DNA of 55,436 nucleotides from a virus (IMGVR_UViG_3300005529_000045:1-55436); one strand, 5' to 3'; positions 44,717 to 54,120 are shown, counted from the stretch's first letter. Notes: generated from the letters alone by a model not told the origin. A program made the numbers and translations.

Positions 44717-44978
44717 ACTCCTGCTGCTGACGCTCGGCGTCGCGTCCTGCGCCGTATTGCAGGGACCGGCGCCGGCGCAGATCCCGGCGTCATTGGTCGT
44801 GCCCCCGAGGGACCATTACCGGACGGAACCGCGGCCGGCGCGGCATGACCGGCCAAAGCCCGCCGCCCGATCCGATGACATCAGCGACCGGCAGGCCGTA
44901 ATCGACCAGCAGCTCGACGCGATCAGCGCACAAATCAAAGAAATCCGGGACCGGCTGAAGCCGCCGCAAGACCAATAA
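44697..44978 (+). CDS. Pro-rich lipoprotein (o-spanin-like)
   Basis: MTRRAVELLLLTLGVAS-C lipobox; overlaps the previous gene. Confidence 0.55.
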   Translation: MTRRAVELLLLTLGVASCAVLQGPAPAQIPASLVVPPRDHYRTEPRPARHDRPKPAARSDDISDRQAVIDQQLDAISAQIKEIRDRLKPPQDQ

Positions 44979-45047
44979 ATTCGTCGCCCACGATTTAAGC
45001 GCAAAGGACAGCGCCACTGCGGCGCCTCGCCACTCAGGAGAGATTTG

Positions 45048-45842
45048 ATGACGGCAATTATCGGCTTCGACGCCGATCAAGACTGCTCGCGTGTTGCGGC
45101 CCTCCTGAAAGAACGGGGCGGCGGCTTCATTGCCCGATACCTGAAAAACCTCAGCCTCGCCGAGGCGGGAGCGATCCTGCACGCAGGGCTCGAGATCCTG
45201 CTGATCTTCGAGACGACGGCCGAGCGGGCGTTGGACGGCGCCGGGGCCGGTGCAGCGGATGGTGCCAAAGCGCGGAATATGGCGGCGGCGCTCGGCGCAC
45301 CGCAGGGCGTCGCGATCGTCGCAACCGTCGATTTCGACGCGACCGAGGCGCAGGAGCCGACCGTCCTCACCTATCTCCGCGGGTTCAAGGCCGGGCTCGC
45401 CGGCCAGGCGAAGCTGATGGTCTACGCCAATGGCGCGATCTGCGCCGCGGCGCTTGATGGCAGGGTTGCCGATTACACCTGGCTCGCCGGCGGCTCCGGC
45501 ATGCGCGGCACGCAGGCATTCAAGGCATCGGGCCGCGCCACGATCATCCAGGATGTCGGGGACAAGCGCGGCCTCGACCTCGGCATCTCGATCGACAGCG
45601 ACGTGGCCTACACCGAGGATTTCGGCGGCTGGTCGCTGACGCCGGCGGCATCGGTGGCGTCCCCGCCTCCAGCCGCATCGACGATCGCAATCCCGGCCGC
45701 CCGTGACCTCCAGGCCGCCCTTGTCGCAGAGGGGCGCGACCTCGGCAACAGCGGTCCCAACGGCGACGGCGTCGATGACGATTGGGGTCCGCTCAGCCAA
45801 GCCGCGCTCGCGGCCCATTACGGCGCGCGATCGAGCGCCTGA
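45048..45842 (+). CDS. Endolysin, DUF1906/GH25-like muramidase with a PG-binding tail
   Basis: GFD...FIARY...LIFE...TVDFD...VYANG...IDSD; GVDDDWGPLS; AGGAG RBS. Confidence 0.85.
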   Translation: MTAIIGFDADQDCSRVAALLKERGGGFIARYLKNLSLAEAGAILHAGLEILLIFETTAERALDGAGAGAADGAKARNMAAALGAPQGVAIVATVDFDATEAQEPTVLTYLRGFKAGLAGQAKLMVYANGAICAAALDGRVADYTWLAGGSGMRGTQAFKASGRATIIQDVGDKRGLDLGISIDSDVAYTEDFGGWSLTPAASVASPPPAASTIAIPAARDLQAALVAEGRDLGNSGPNGDGVDDDWGPLSQAALAAHYGARSSA

Positions 45843-45917
45843 CGCACTTTCCATCTCTCGGCGTTGCCGGTCTCTCAGGGGCCGGGAGCCATTCCACCTC
45901 AATCCGCAGGGGTAACC

Positions 45918-46349
45918 ATGCCCATCGATATCTCGCCCGTCGTCAATGCGGGCATCCTCCTCGCCATGGCGGCCGTGTCCGCCTATGGCGTGCCGCTGCT
46001 GCGCAAGGCCGGCGAAAAGGCCGGGATCGACCTCTCGGTCGCAAAGCAGCAGGCCCTGCAACAGGCCCTCGACAAGGCCTGCCAGGCGGGCGCTGTCGCG
46101 ATGGAAAGCGAGGCGGCACAAAAAGGCTGGGACCACATCGATGTGCGCAACGGCGCAACCTCGGTGGCGCTCTCCTACCTCGTCCAGCGCTTCCCCGACA
46201 CGTTGAAGCTGGCCGGCGTCGAGGACGTGAATGCTCCCGGCGCGCTTGCGAGCTTGCGCCAGGCGATCCAGCGCACCTTGCCGACGGCGATGGCGCCGAT
46301 CGCCGCGTCGCCGGCGACGACCAACGGCCCGCCCGCCGCCGCCGCATAG
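45918..46349 (+). CDS. Putative holin
   Basis: N-terminal TM directly after the endolysin. Confidence 0.55.
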   Translation: MPIDISPVVNAGILLAMAAVSAYGVPLLRKAGEKAGIDLSVAKQQALQQALDKACQAGAVAMESEAAQKGWDHIDVRNGATSVALSYLVQRFPDTLKLAGVEDVNAPGALASLRQAIQRTLPTAMAPIAASPATTNGPPAAAA

Positions 46350-46457
46350 CCGTCGGTGTTCATTTTTGCCGCCTCAAACGTGGTGGAGAAAATGAACATC
46401 CCGTACTGAACTTCCGGGGCCGGGTCACCGGCCTCTCATCCCGAAAGGACATCATTG

Positions 46458-46895
46458 ATGATTAAGACAACCCGCATCGCGGGCGCGCTGGCGCTCGGCC
46501 TGTCGCTGGCCGGCTGCGGCTCGGCGCCAACCCCCTCGGCACAGACGATCGGCGAAGCGCTGGCGGCCACCCAGCCCGGCCAATTTGTGCTGACCTGGGC
46601 GAGGGGGCTGGCGGCGAACGCCAAGGCCTCGCTCGCCAAACTCACTGCTGGGGGCGGCCTCAGCCAAAGCGATATCGCGAACCTCTGTGCGATGGACAAC
46701 ACGGCGCACTCGGCCGTGCAGCTCGTCGAGCTGATCCCGGTCATCCCGGCGACCGTGGCGCCGCTCGACAACGCGGCGCACGCGGCGATCCAGGGCGCCT
46801 GCCAGGTGGCCCAGGGCGGTGCGTTGCCGTCCCTCGCCGACCTGTCGTCGATCGCGGGCGAGGCGCAGGCGCTGATCGGCGACCTGAAGCTTTGA
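46458..46895 (+). CDS. Lipoprotein
   Basis: LALGLSLAG-C lipobox. Confidence 0.75.
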   Translation: MIKTTRIAGALALGLSLAGCGSAPTPSAQTIGEALAATQPGQFVLTWARGLAANAKASLAKLTAGGGLSQSDIANLCAMDNTAHSAVQLVELIPVIPATVAPLDNAAHAAIQGACQVAQGGALPSLADLSSIAGEAQALIGDLKL

Positions 46896-47374
46896 TCCGT
46901 CTTCAATTCGTCGCCGAGCGCGATCTCGGCTCGGCGGCGATCGGCTGGTTTTCCGCGGGTCACCTGTCGCATGTCGACGCGGTGCTGCCGGACGGCCGGC
47001 TGTTCGGCGCACGCTCCGATCATGCGGGCGGCGTGCCTCCCGGCGTCTGGGAGCGGCCCCCGGGGTACGCCCGCTTTGCGCGCCGGGTCATCGCCACGAT
47101 CCCGGCGAGGCCCGCGGCCAAAATCCGCTGGCGGTGCTTTCTCGAGGAGCAAAGGGCCAAGCCCTACGACCGGCTCGCGATCCTTGCTTTTGCGGTCAAC
47201 CGCGACTGGCGCGAGGACGATTCGTGGATTTGCTCCGAGTTGCAGGCGCGCGCCCTCGAATACGCCGACATCGTGCCGCCCCTCTACCTCGCCTGCAACA
47301 AGATCACCCCGGTAGCGCTGGCGCTCGCTGTCAGTGCCCTGCCGGGGGTGCGGATTGTCGAGGCGATGCCGTGA
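46892..47374 (+). CDS. Permuted papain-like NlpC/P60 (YiiX-like) enzyme
   Basis: SHVDAV...KPYD...WICSEL (His before Cys). Confidence 0.8.
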   Translation: MIRLQFVAERDLGSAAIGWFSAGHLSHVDAVLPDGRLFGARSDHAGGVPPGVWERPPGYARFARRVIATIPARPAAKIRWRCFLEEQRAKPYDRLAILAFAVNRDWREDDSWICSELQARALEYADIVPPLYLACNKITPVALALAVSALPGVRIVEAMP

Positions 47375-47583
47375 AGCCGCCCCAATGCCCCGGCCCCGAG
47401 CGGGCGACGGAGTGCGACAACCCCGGATGCCGCAGGGGAGGGTGTCAGGGGCGGCTGCCGCGCGCCGAGGCGAGGTCCTGCGGCTGGCGGCTGTCCCAGG
47501 AGCCAGAAGGCGTTTGCGAGCGCTGCGGGGGCCGCTGGCGTGACTACCAGCGACCGCGCGAATGCCGTGAGCCGATGCGATGA
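47371..47583 (+). CDS. Small Cys-rich protein
   Basis: GTGA overlap; several Cys. Confidence 0.4.
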   Translation: MKPPQCPGPERATECDNPGCRRGGCQGRLPRAEARSCGWRLSQEPEGVCERCGGRWRDYQRPRECREPMR

Positions 47584-47762
47584 CACCTGAGATTGCCGAA
47601 GCCATCGAGGCCGCGTGCTCTGTCGGGATCAAGACCGACATCCACACGGTCGGTAATGCCGCGCGGCGCGTGCCGCCGGCGACGATGCGCGCCCGCATCA
47701 AGGAATTCCTCCGCAATGTGCCGGAGGACATCAGCGTCCGCGAATTGCTGGACGAGCTATAG
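47580..47762 (+). CDS. Hypothetical protein
   Basis: Coupled ORF with typical composition. Confidence 0.55.
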   Translation: MTPEIAEAIEAACSVGIKTDIHTVGNAARRVPPATMRARIKEFLRNVPEDISVRELLDEL

Positions 47763-47771
47763 GAGGTAAAA

Positions 47772-48002
47772 GTGGCTGTCAGAGCGAAGTTTCAGGTCGT
47801 CAGCATCACCGAGCACCACGGCAATGCTTCGAAGACCGTGCGGCTTGAGCCGCGGTACGATCACACGATCCCGGAAGATCAGCGGTTCTACGACGCCACG
47901 CCGTGGGGCCATTTCGAGATGATGATCAACAACCCGGCGGCGGCAGACCAGCTTAAAAACGGCACCGTCTTTTACATCGACCTGACGCCGGCGACTGAAT
48001 AA
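47772..48002 (+). CDS. Hypothetical phage protein
   Basis: AGGAGG RBS; VRAKF...FYDATPWG...FYIDLTPA. Confidence 0.8.
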   Translation: MAVRAKFQVVSITEHHGNASKTVRLEPRYDHTIPEDQRFYDATPWGHFEMMINNPAAADQLKNGTVFYIDLTPATE

Positions 48003-48203
48003 GCGCCGCGAGCATTCCCCCTAACGAGGCCGGCCGGGAGCGATCCCGCGTCCGGCCCTTCGCGGTGCAAGCCTGACGATCGAGACGTGCTTCGATCAGA
48101 CCAGCGATGGGGGACGCGGATGTAGATCGCGAAGTCGCGTAGCCGCGACCGGGCAACAGGCCCGGCATGCCGCCCATTGCGCGGCGGGATGTCATTCATA
48201 TTC

Positions 48204-48237
48204 AGGCCGGCCGGACACAACCCGCGCCGGCCTTTTG
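48204..48237 (+). terminator. Probable late-operon intrinsic terminator
   Basis: AGGCCGGC...GCCGGCCT stem followed by Ts. Confidence 0.55.
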
Positions 48238-48433
48238 ATATTCTCTGGACTGGGGACGATGGGAGCGAAAAAGGCGGCGCCCGCCCCGTGGTCGCAAAAA
48301 TCCCGCAGAAAACCTCACGCTTTCTGCATAATGGATCGTCCCTATATATACACTGTTGATAATTTGTCGGGATGCTGGCACAGACGCTGTCCGTTAGCGT
48401 CCGCTGGGCAGCGGTGCCCACCAGGAGGAACCG

Positions 48434-48625
48434 ATGGCCGAGATACGCACTAATGCGGCGCTATTACGCGCACTCAGCATCGCGTCTGCAACGCCCCCGA
48501 CGCCCGAGGAAATGCACCGGCAACGCGTGTCGTTCGTTATGGGTATCGTCAAGGGTGATAGCGGTATTACGCGCGCCCAGATCGAGGAAGTATTGTCCAG
48601 GCAGGACGGCAAGCGCCCAGCGTAG
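48434..48625 (+). CDS. Putative Fic antitoxin
   Basis: AGGAGG RBS; 63-aa helical protein directly upstream of the Fic 5' fragment. Confidence 0.65.
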   Translation: MAEIRTNAALLRALSIASATPPTPEEMHRQRVSFVMGIVKGDSGITRAQIEEVLSRQDGKRPA

Positions 48626-48634
48626 CGCTATGCG

Positions 48635-48767
48635 ATGATCTTGTTTGAGCTTACACAGAACGAGCAACACGCCGCATATCAAGCCCTAGAGATAGCGAAC
48701 GGCAATCGCCAATATGATTTTATTCATTCATTGGTGATTGCCGCGCTTGCGTTGAAGCGCACATTTC
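48635..48767 (+). pseudogene. Fic toxin, 5' fragment (interrupted by IS)
   Basis: MILFELTQNEQH...ALKRTF joins 53355 onward in frame after removing the IS and one TSD. Confidence 0.85.
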
Positions 48768-48794
48768 CGGAATTATGTAGGAGACTCACCTAAC

Positions 48795-48995
48795 TCAATG
48801 AAGCGGCCAGGAACGCTCCGATTGCAGCGCCGTGATGGCGCGCATAATCCGCATCCAGACAAGCTGCCCGTCGCGGTCGCCGCGCTCTAGCATCAGGTCA
48901 GCTTTCCGCGCAGCTTCGATTTCGGCATCCGGCCCGTGCTGACTTATCAGCAGATTGGCGGCGCGCCAGATATCTAGCTCGGAGAGCAGGGCCAT
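48795..48995 (-). CDS. Small passenger protein
   Basis: DIWRAANLLI.QHG...GDRDG..VW.RI..AI. Confidence 0.7.
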   Translation of the reverse strand: MALLSELDIWRAANLLISQHGPDAEIEAARKADLMLERGDRDGQLVWMRIMRAITALQSERSWPLH

Positions 48996-49642
48996 GCATT
49001 ACAATAACCCATGCTCCGGTTCGTCTTCCTGATCTTCCTCGCCGTGATAGTCTTTTACGGCTCGTCCCTGATCGGCGTGCTGATCGCCGGCGAGTGGATG
49101 GCGCGGCGCGGCACCTATGACGGCAACTGCGGGCGCTACCCTGACTGCTGATCGGGTGATTTGCTTCCCAGCGCTGCTGTATAATTGCACCCAGCAGCGC
49201 GAACGGCCGATCCTAGGAAGGCAATTCGCACCGCATGTAGCGCCCCGACCTGTCGCCGCCGCTGAATATGGTGGCGGCGGATTTGACAGAGGCCGCTGCA
49301 TCTGGTCTGTTGCTGACGGCGATTCGTCTTTCCGATCTCTGATCCCGAAGCTGGCCCCGAACGGGCGGGGCAATGCCCCGGGAAAGGAGGTCCGATGGAC
49401 CTTCGCCAAGAAACCGAGGGTGCTGCGAATGACAACGAGCCGGAGGAAAACCCGATCGTTGAGGTTCGAGAATACCTGAGGTGCAGGCTTCTGCGCTGGG
49501 AAACAGTGCGGCAGCACACACGGAAATGGCCCCGCTGGGGCGAGGCCAAATCCAAGGACGAGTAGCACTTTTCGAGACAGGCGGGCGTCCTTCGGGGCGC
49601 CCGCTCTGTTTGTGGCCTAAAACGCCACTCCGGGTCAAGCAA

Positions 49643-49678
49643 CACTTTGTACAAAGTGCGCTGACTTTGTACAAAGTG
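49643..49678. promoter_or_regulatory. Twin palindromic operators
   Basis: CACTTTGTACAAAGTG (49643-49658) and GACTTTGTACAAAGTG (49663-49678) just before the ATG at 49684. Confidence 0.65.
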
Positions 49679-49683
49679 GGGCG

Positions 49684-49941
49684 ATGCCGCGCACCGGACG
49701 CCCGACGACCACAGGCTCGCGATTAAATCTTGACGAACCGTTAAGGAGCGAGTTCGCGGACTACCTCGCGGCCAAGGATGACGCGTCGCCTAAAACCGTC
49801 ATTCATCGTGCGATTCGCGCCTACATGGATGCGGACCTAAAGGCGAATGCCGGGATACGCGAACGTTATGAGCAGTTACGGAGCGCGCGCCGGGAAGGCC
49901 GTAATGGGTTGCGCGTCGTGCGCCCTGAGAAAACCTGTTGA
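49684..49941 (+). CDS. Ribbon-helix-helix-like regulator
   Basis: GRPTT...RLNLDEPL...VIHRAIRAYM. Confidence 0.65.
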   Translation: MPRTGRPTTTGSRLNLDEPLRSEFADYLAAKDDASPKTVIHRAIRAYMDADLKANAGIRERYEQLRSARREGRNGLRVVRPEKTC

Positions 49942-49967
49942 AGCGCGGGCGCGCTGTCATCGAATCG

Positions 49968-50423
49968 CTAGACAGCCAACTCCCACCAGTTGAACCGCCG
50001 CCGCCCCGGCTCATTCCCCGGCACGCCGCGCACCATGCCGCGCTTGCTGTAGTAGTTCAGCAGCGCCCGCGTCCGCCGGTTGTAGAGATTGACCTGTGCC
50101 GGGTCGGCAGAGTTGATGCCGCGGCGCTGCATTAGATGCAGGGCGAGTTCCGGCGTCGTGACCGGTCCGCCAACCTCGCGCATCTTGTCGAGGATGATGC
50201 GGACGAACTCGCCCCGGAAGGAAATGGCGTCGGGCGGCACTGGCGTCTTCGGGCGGATGCCGGCCACGTCGTACTCGGGATCGAAGATGCGTATCGAGGC
50301 ATCGACATGGCTTAGGTCGATAAGTAGTTGCCGCAATTCGGAGCGAAGTGCTGCAATCCGCCCGGTCAATTCCGCGCGTTTCGCCACTAAGCCTGAAAGC
50401 GTATGGCCGCGATCCTCTGTCAT
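49968..50423 (-). CDS. IS1595-associated coiled-coil/wHTH protein
   Basis: LVAKRAELTG...DLSHVDASIRIFDP; ATGA-coupled to the transposase. Confidence 0.75.
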   Translation of the reverse strand: MTEDRGHTLSGLVAKRAELTGRIAALRSELRQLLIDLSHVDASIRIFDPEYDVAGIRPKTPVPPDAISFRGEFVRIILDKMREVGGPVTTPELALHLMQRRGINSADPAQVNLYNRRTRALLNYYSKRGMVRGVPGNEPGRRRFNWWELAV

Positions 50424-51403
50424 GCTGCTGCGCTCCGGTTCCAATAGCCGCGCCAGACTTGGCTTTTCGGATGCCGCAGCGCGGCGCCGGCCATCCATCG
50501 GCATTGGGTTCCGTTCGGCACGCGGCGGTTGTCTTCTCGCCAGGCCATTTCGTTTGCGTACTGGTACAGGTAGCGCCCGCTGATCCGATGATGGACGCCA
50601 TACTCGGCGCGCCGCAGCCGGGAGAAAAAGCTTTCGGCCTGGTTCACGTTGGCGCCGTCTTCGGCGACATACTCGACGCTGTGATTGACGCGACGCGTAT
50701 CAAAGGAAGCGTGCAGCGCATCCCAATTCGCGCTTTCGTCCGCCATGACGATGGTGCCCGAGGCGACACAGGCGCGGATCAGCGGCACCGCTGCGCTCTC
50801 GCGCGGCACGATGAATGTCAGGGTCCGGCCGCCAATCTCGCGCGCGACAACGACAACCTGCCGCTTGCCGGTCTGCTCTTCGGCAAGGCGACGGTCTTTC
50901 CGGTCTTCCTTGCGGTTTTCCGGCTTAACGTGGCCTCCAGCATACATGCCATCAACGTGCACTTCCCCGGAGAGCTCGGGTGCATCCGGGTTTTGGACCT
51001 CAGCGCCGACAGCCTCGCGGAGCTTGTGCGAAAGCACGAATGCCGTCTTGTACTGGCAATCGAGGTCGCGGCTTAGTTGCAGCGCCGAGTGACCCTTGGC
51101 GCCGTTCACGAAGATCGCGATGGCAAGCAGATAATCCCGGATTGGGCGCTTCCGGTCGGCGAAGATCGTGCCGGCCGTCACGCTGAACATGTACCGGCAT
51201 TCCTTCGCGCCGCATTTCCAGAGGTTCCGCGTCGTGATCGCCGACAGCCGAGTGCATCCGCAGCGGGGGCAGTACGGTTGCCCGTCGTTGTCGGCCCAGC
51301 GGATCGCGACGAACTTGGCGTGCGCTTCCTCGTCCGACATACGCGCGACGGACGCTAGCGAGAGCGTCCTTGCGGCTGCGGAGAGAAGGAAATGTTGCGA
51401 CAC
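50420..51403 (-). CDS. IS1595-family transposase
   Basis: CPRC...C...C Zn ribbon, HTH, VHVD, MADE, NQAESFF, YANE. Confidence 0.95.
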   Translation of the reverse strand: MSQHFLLSAAARTLSLASVARMSDEEAHAKFVAIRWADNDGQPYCPRCGCTRLSAITTRNLWKCGAKECRYMFSVTAGTIFADRKRPIRDYLLAIAIFVNGAKGHSALQLSRDLDCQYKTAFVLSHKLREAVGAEVQNPDAPELSGEVHVDGMYAGGHVKPENRKEDRKDRRLAEEQTGKRQVVVVAREIGGRTLTFIVPRESAAVPLIRACVASGTIVMADESANWDALHASFDTRRVNHSVEYVAEDGANVNQAESFFSRLRRAEYGVHHRISGRYLYQYANEMAWREDNRRVPNGTQCRWMAGAALRHPKSQVWRGYWNRSAAA

Positions 51404-51486
51404 GCCACGGCATCCCGTGATAGATATCACGGAATATCGTGATTTTGCGCCCTCGCGTCAATCAGAAAATCACGGCTTCCCGTGAT
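51404..51486. promoter_or_regulatory. Operators between the transposase and the divergent HTH gene
   Basis: ATCACG-N6-CGTGAT at 51426 and 51469; degenerate copy at 51404. Confidence 0.6.
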
Positions 51487-51503
51487 TATCTCCATGTGAT
51501 ACC

Positions 51504-51749
51504 GTGACGGCCACGATGAAGACGGCGGCCGATTGGAAGGCCCAAGCCAAGCAGCTTATCCGCGCCGAGTTGAAGCGGCGCGACCTCAGCTATGCCGACC
51601 TAGCCTCTCGCATGGAGGCTATCGGGCTGAAGGTCAACGACCGGACCCTCGCCAACAAGATCGCCACGGGCGGCTTCTCAGCCGTGTTCTTCCTCCAGGT
51701 CATGGAGGCGATCGGGGCGAAGAATCTCCAAATCGACAGCGGAGATTGA
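51504..51749 (+). CDS. DUF6471-like HTH regulator
   Basis: LIRAELKRRDLSYADLA...LANKI..GGFSAVFFLQ. Confidence 0.85.
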   Translation: MTATMKTAADWKAQAKQLIRAELKRRDLSYADLASRMEAIGLKVNDRTLANKIATGGFSAVFFLQVMEAIGAKNLQIDSGD

Positions 51750-51856
51750 TGCGCAACACCAGCAACCGATCGCGCGCTTCGTTGTTTGTTCTCACAACAT
51801 ATGGCTTGCATCCTGTGGGTTAGCGGTGGACAAGTAGGAATCGACTCGCGCGGCAC

Positions 51857-52648
51857 ATGGTCATGCCCCTTCGGAGCGCCTTGGCAGAACGTTCGGCGCG
51901 GGCCACTGTGCGCGGCCCGATGCCCCCGCGCTCGCCATATCAACGCCCCCCGAAAATACAGGCGGCGTCGCTCAAAGAGCTTCTGGCGGAAAGTGGCCGG
52001 CCGGGCTTGGCGGAGCGCCAGTTTGATCTATTGCGCCGACCCGGCAGGGAGGGCGGGAAGGACGATGTTCGCATCTTCCTATCTGGGGACCGCGCGCTGT
52101 TGACCCGCAAATGCGTCTCGATAGTCGGCACCCGCGAAGTTAGCCCGGAAGGATGGCAGCGGGCAGCGCAACTCGCCCGCCGGCTCGCCAGCTATGGCGT
52201 GGTTGTCGTTAGTGGGTTGGCAAAGGGTGTAGACACGGCCGCGCTGGACAGCGCCATCAAATCCGGCGGTAGCACCATTGCTGTCATCGGCACTCCTCTG
52301 TCCAAAGCCTACCCCGCAGAGAACTGGGGCTTGCAGGAGGAGATTTGGCGACATCACCTCCTGATGACTCCGTTTGCCGAAGGCGAGACGGTATTCAGGT
52401 CGAACTTCCCAAAACGCAATCGCGTTATGGCCGCCATCTCCGATGCAACGGTAATCATCGAGGCTTCCGATACCTCCGGCTCGCTACATCAGGCGGCAGA
52501 ATGTCAACGCCTCGGCAGGTGGCTCTTCATCGCTAAATCGGTTGCGGATGATCCTACGCTGAAATGGCCCGCTTCGTTTTTGAGTAAACCAAAGACGGCT
52601 GTTCTAATGGATACGCCAGCGCTGATGAGCACTATTTATGATGTCTGA
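51857..52648 (+). CDS. DprA/SMF-like protein
   Basis: VSIVGTR, VVSGLAKGVD, FPKRNRVMA, IIEASDTSGS. Confidence 0.92.
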   Translation: MVMPLRSALAERSARATVRGPMPPRSPYQRPPKIQAASLKELLAESGRPGLAERQFDLLRRPGREGGKDDVRIFLSGDRALLTRKCVSIVGTREVSPEGWQRAAQLARRLASYGVVVVSGLAKGVDTAALDSAIKSGGSTIAVIGTPLSKAYPAENWGLQEEIWRHHLLMTPFAEGETVFRSNFPKRNRVMAAISDATVIIEASDTSGSLHQAAECQRLGRWLFIAKSVADDPTLKWPASFLSKPKTAVLMDTPALMSTIYDV

Positions 52649-53324
52649 TACAATACAGACGCACTCGTTCTTGTATTATCTTACGGAAGTGGACGGCATC
52701 TCCTGGCGCAGTCAGGATTATATGACGAATAAGATGGTGCACGCTGTAAAAGGGGATGCCATCAAAGGGTACTTCGATGTTAGCGTTAACGCTAAGGGAC
52801 GTCGATACAGACAAGAAAACATTGATGAGTTCATCGCTATTATGATGAATACTGTGGCTGGAAAGCTACGGACGCTGATAAATAGCGAATTTTCTCTCGT
52901 GCCAATACCAAATTCCGAGGTGACGCCGGGCACGAAAGATGAATTCCGAACCCTTTCGCACGCGCGGAGAATTGCAAAAATTATTGGGACGAGGGCGCAA
53001 GCCGTGCCCGCTCTGCGGTGGAAGCAGCCAAAAGCATCGGCGCGGCGAGGAGGGACCCGCGATCCTCAGGTTCTCTTCGACAACCTCACGGTTGTCGACG
53101 ACCTTAAAGCGCCAGTGATCCTTTTTGATGACGTGATAACGACCGGCGCGCAAATGATCGCGTCCTGTCGTAGGCTCAAAAGTGTGGGGATTCAGCCCGC
53201 GGCTGGGATTGTCGTCGGTCGCGCAACGAAACACCAGTGGCCGAGCATGATCGGGTGGCAGGAAGAAGAGGTGGATTTTGCCGAACACCCGCTCATCTGG
53301 GATGACCTGTTCCGCGATTGCTAG
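52638..53324 (+). CDS. Type I phosphoribosyltransferase (ComF-like)
   Basis: LVPIP and the VILFDDVITTGA PRPP-binding motif; overlaps the DprA stop. Confidence 0.88.
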   Translation: MMSDTIQTHSFLYYLTEVDGISWRSQDYMTNKMVHAVKGDAIKGYFDVSVNAKGRRYRQENIDEFIAIMMNTVAGKLRTLINSEFSLVPIPNSEVTPGTKDEFRTLSHARRIAKIIGTRAQAVPALRWKQPKASARRGGTRDPQVLFDNLTVVDDLKAPVILFDDVITTGAQMIASCRRLKSVGIQPAAGIVVGRATKHQWPSMIGWQEEEVDFAEHPLIWDDLFRDC

Positions 53325-53346
53325 GTGAGACAACTACATAATTCCG

Positions 53347-53842
53347 CACATTTCTATCTCAGACGATCATTCAAGCGTTGAACTTTCATTCGATAGCATG
53401 TCTGCATACTAATGCCGGAGAATATCGACCGTGCGAAGTAACGGTCGGTGACTACACGCCCCCGGCTCACTTTCGGGTTCAGGCGCTAATGGACGATTTC
53501 GTTAATTACGTTAACGTGAATTGGCAGACAACGGATGCGGTGGCGTTAGCGACTTACGTTCTCTGGAGAATGAACAACATCCATCCGTTTATTAATGGAA
53601 ATGGTCGCACGGCACGCGCTTCCTGCTATTTCGTGCTCTGCGTCAAATCCGGCGGGTGGCTCCGCGGTGAGCCGATTTTGCCCGAGCTGATCAGACGCGA
53701 ACGTGATCGGTATGTGGTGGCCCTAAAGGCCGCCGACCAAGGTGACAATTTAGTATCGCTGCACGCGCTCATATCCGAGTTGCTGTACGAGCAGGTGAAA
53801 AGCGCAGGGTTCGATCCGAACGCTATCGCCGCTCCAGTTTAA
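53347..53842 (+). pseudogene. Fic toxin, 3' fragment
   Basis: AGEYR and HPFINGNGRTAR Fic motif. Confidence 0.88.
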
Positions 53843-54120
53843 AGCCGCCTTCCATTTGCGCCCCCTGAATACCCTATCCCGCGGCTCGTATCGCCGGCGA
53901 CGACGAAGTCGGCATCCTGAGCGCCACATTCCGAGCATCTGAGCCGGGCGGCCCAATCGATCACCGTTGCGCCCTCACCGTGCCGATCGGCGAGTTCGGC
54001 CGGGTCTGGCTCGACCTGGTGCTGGCAAGCCTTGCACCAGACGATCAGCCGCACCTTGGCCCTGGCGGCGTGGCCGAAGGTCAATGGTTGCGAGTCGCCA
54101 TCCCGATGATTTCGAGGCAT
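53839..54120 (-). CDS. Small Zn-ribbon protein
   Basis: WCKAC...LRCSECG. Confidence 0.75.
   Translation of the reverse strand: MPRNHRDGDSQPLTFGHAARAKVRLIVWCKACQHQVEPDPAELADRHGEGATVIDWAARLRCSECGAQDADFVVAGDTSRGIGYSGGANGRRL

Larger units (their letters stand above)
48768..53346. mobile_element. IS1595-family transporter IS (ISNha5-like ends) with passenger genes
   Basis: TIRs CGGAATTATGTAGGAGACTCACCTA / CGGAATTATGTAGTTGTCTCACCTA; TSD CACATTTC at 48760-48767 and 53347-53354. Confidence 0.92.

Noticed and set aside
49643-49678. Gateway/lambda att-like vector sequence (CACTTTGTACAA)
   Set aside because: The match is only about 12 bp and is part of a duplicated palindrome before a regulator gene
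49730-49744. Third CtrA-like site (TTGA-N7-TTAA)
   Set aside because: Imperfect, inside an IS passenger coding region, and likely chance
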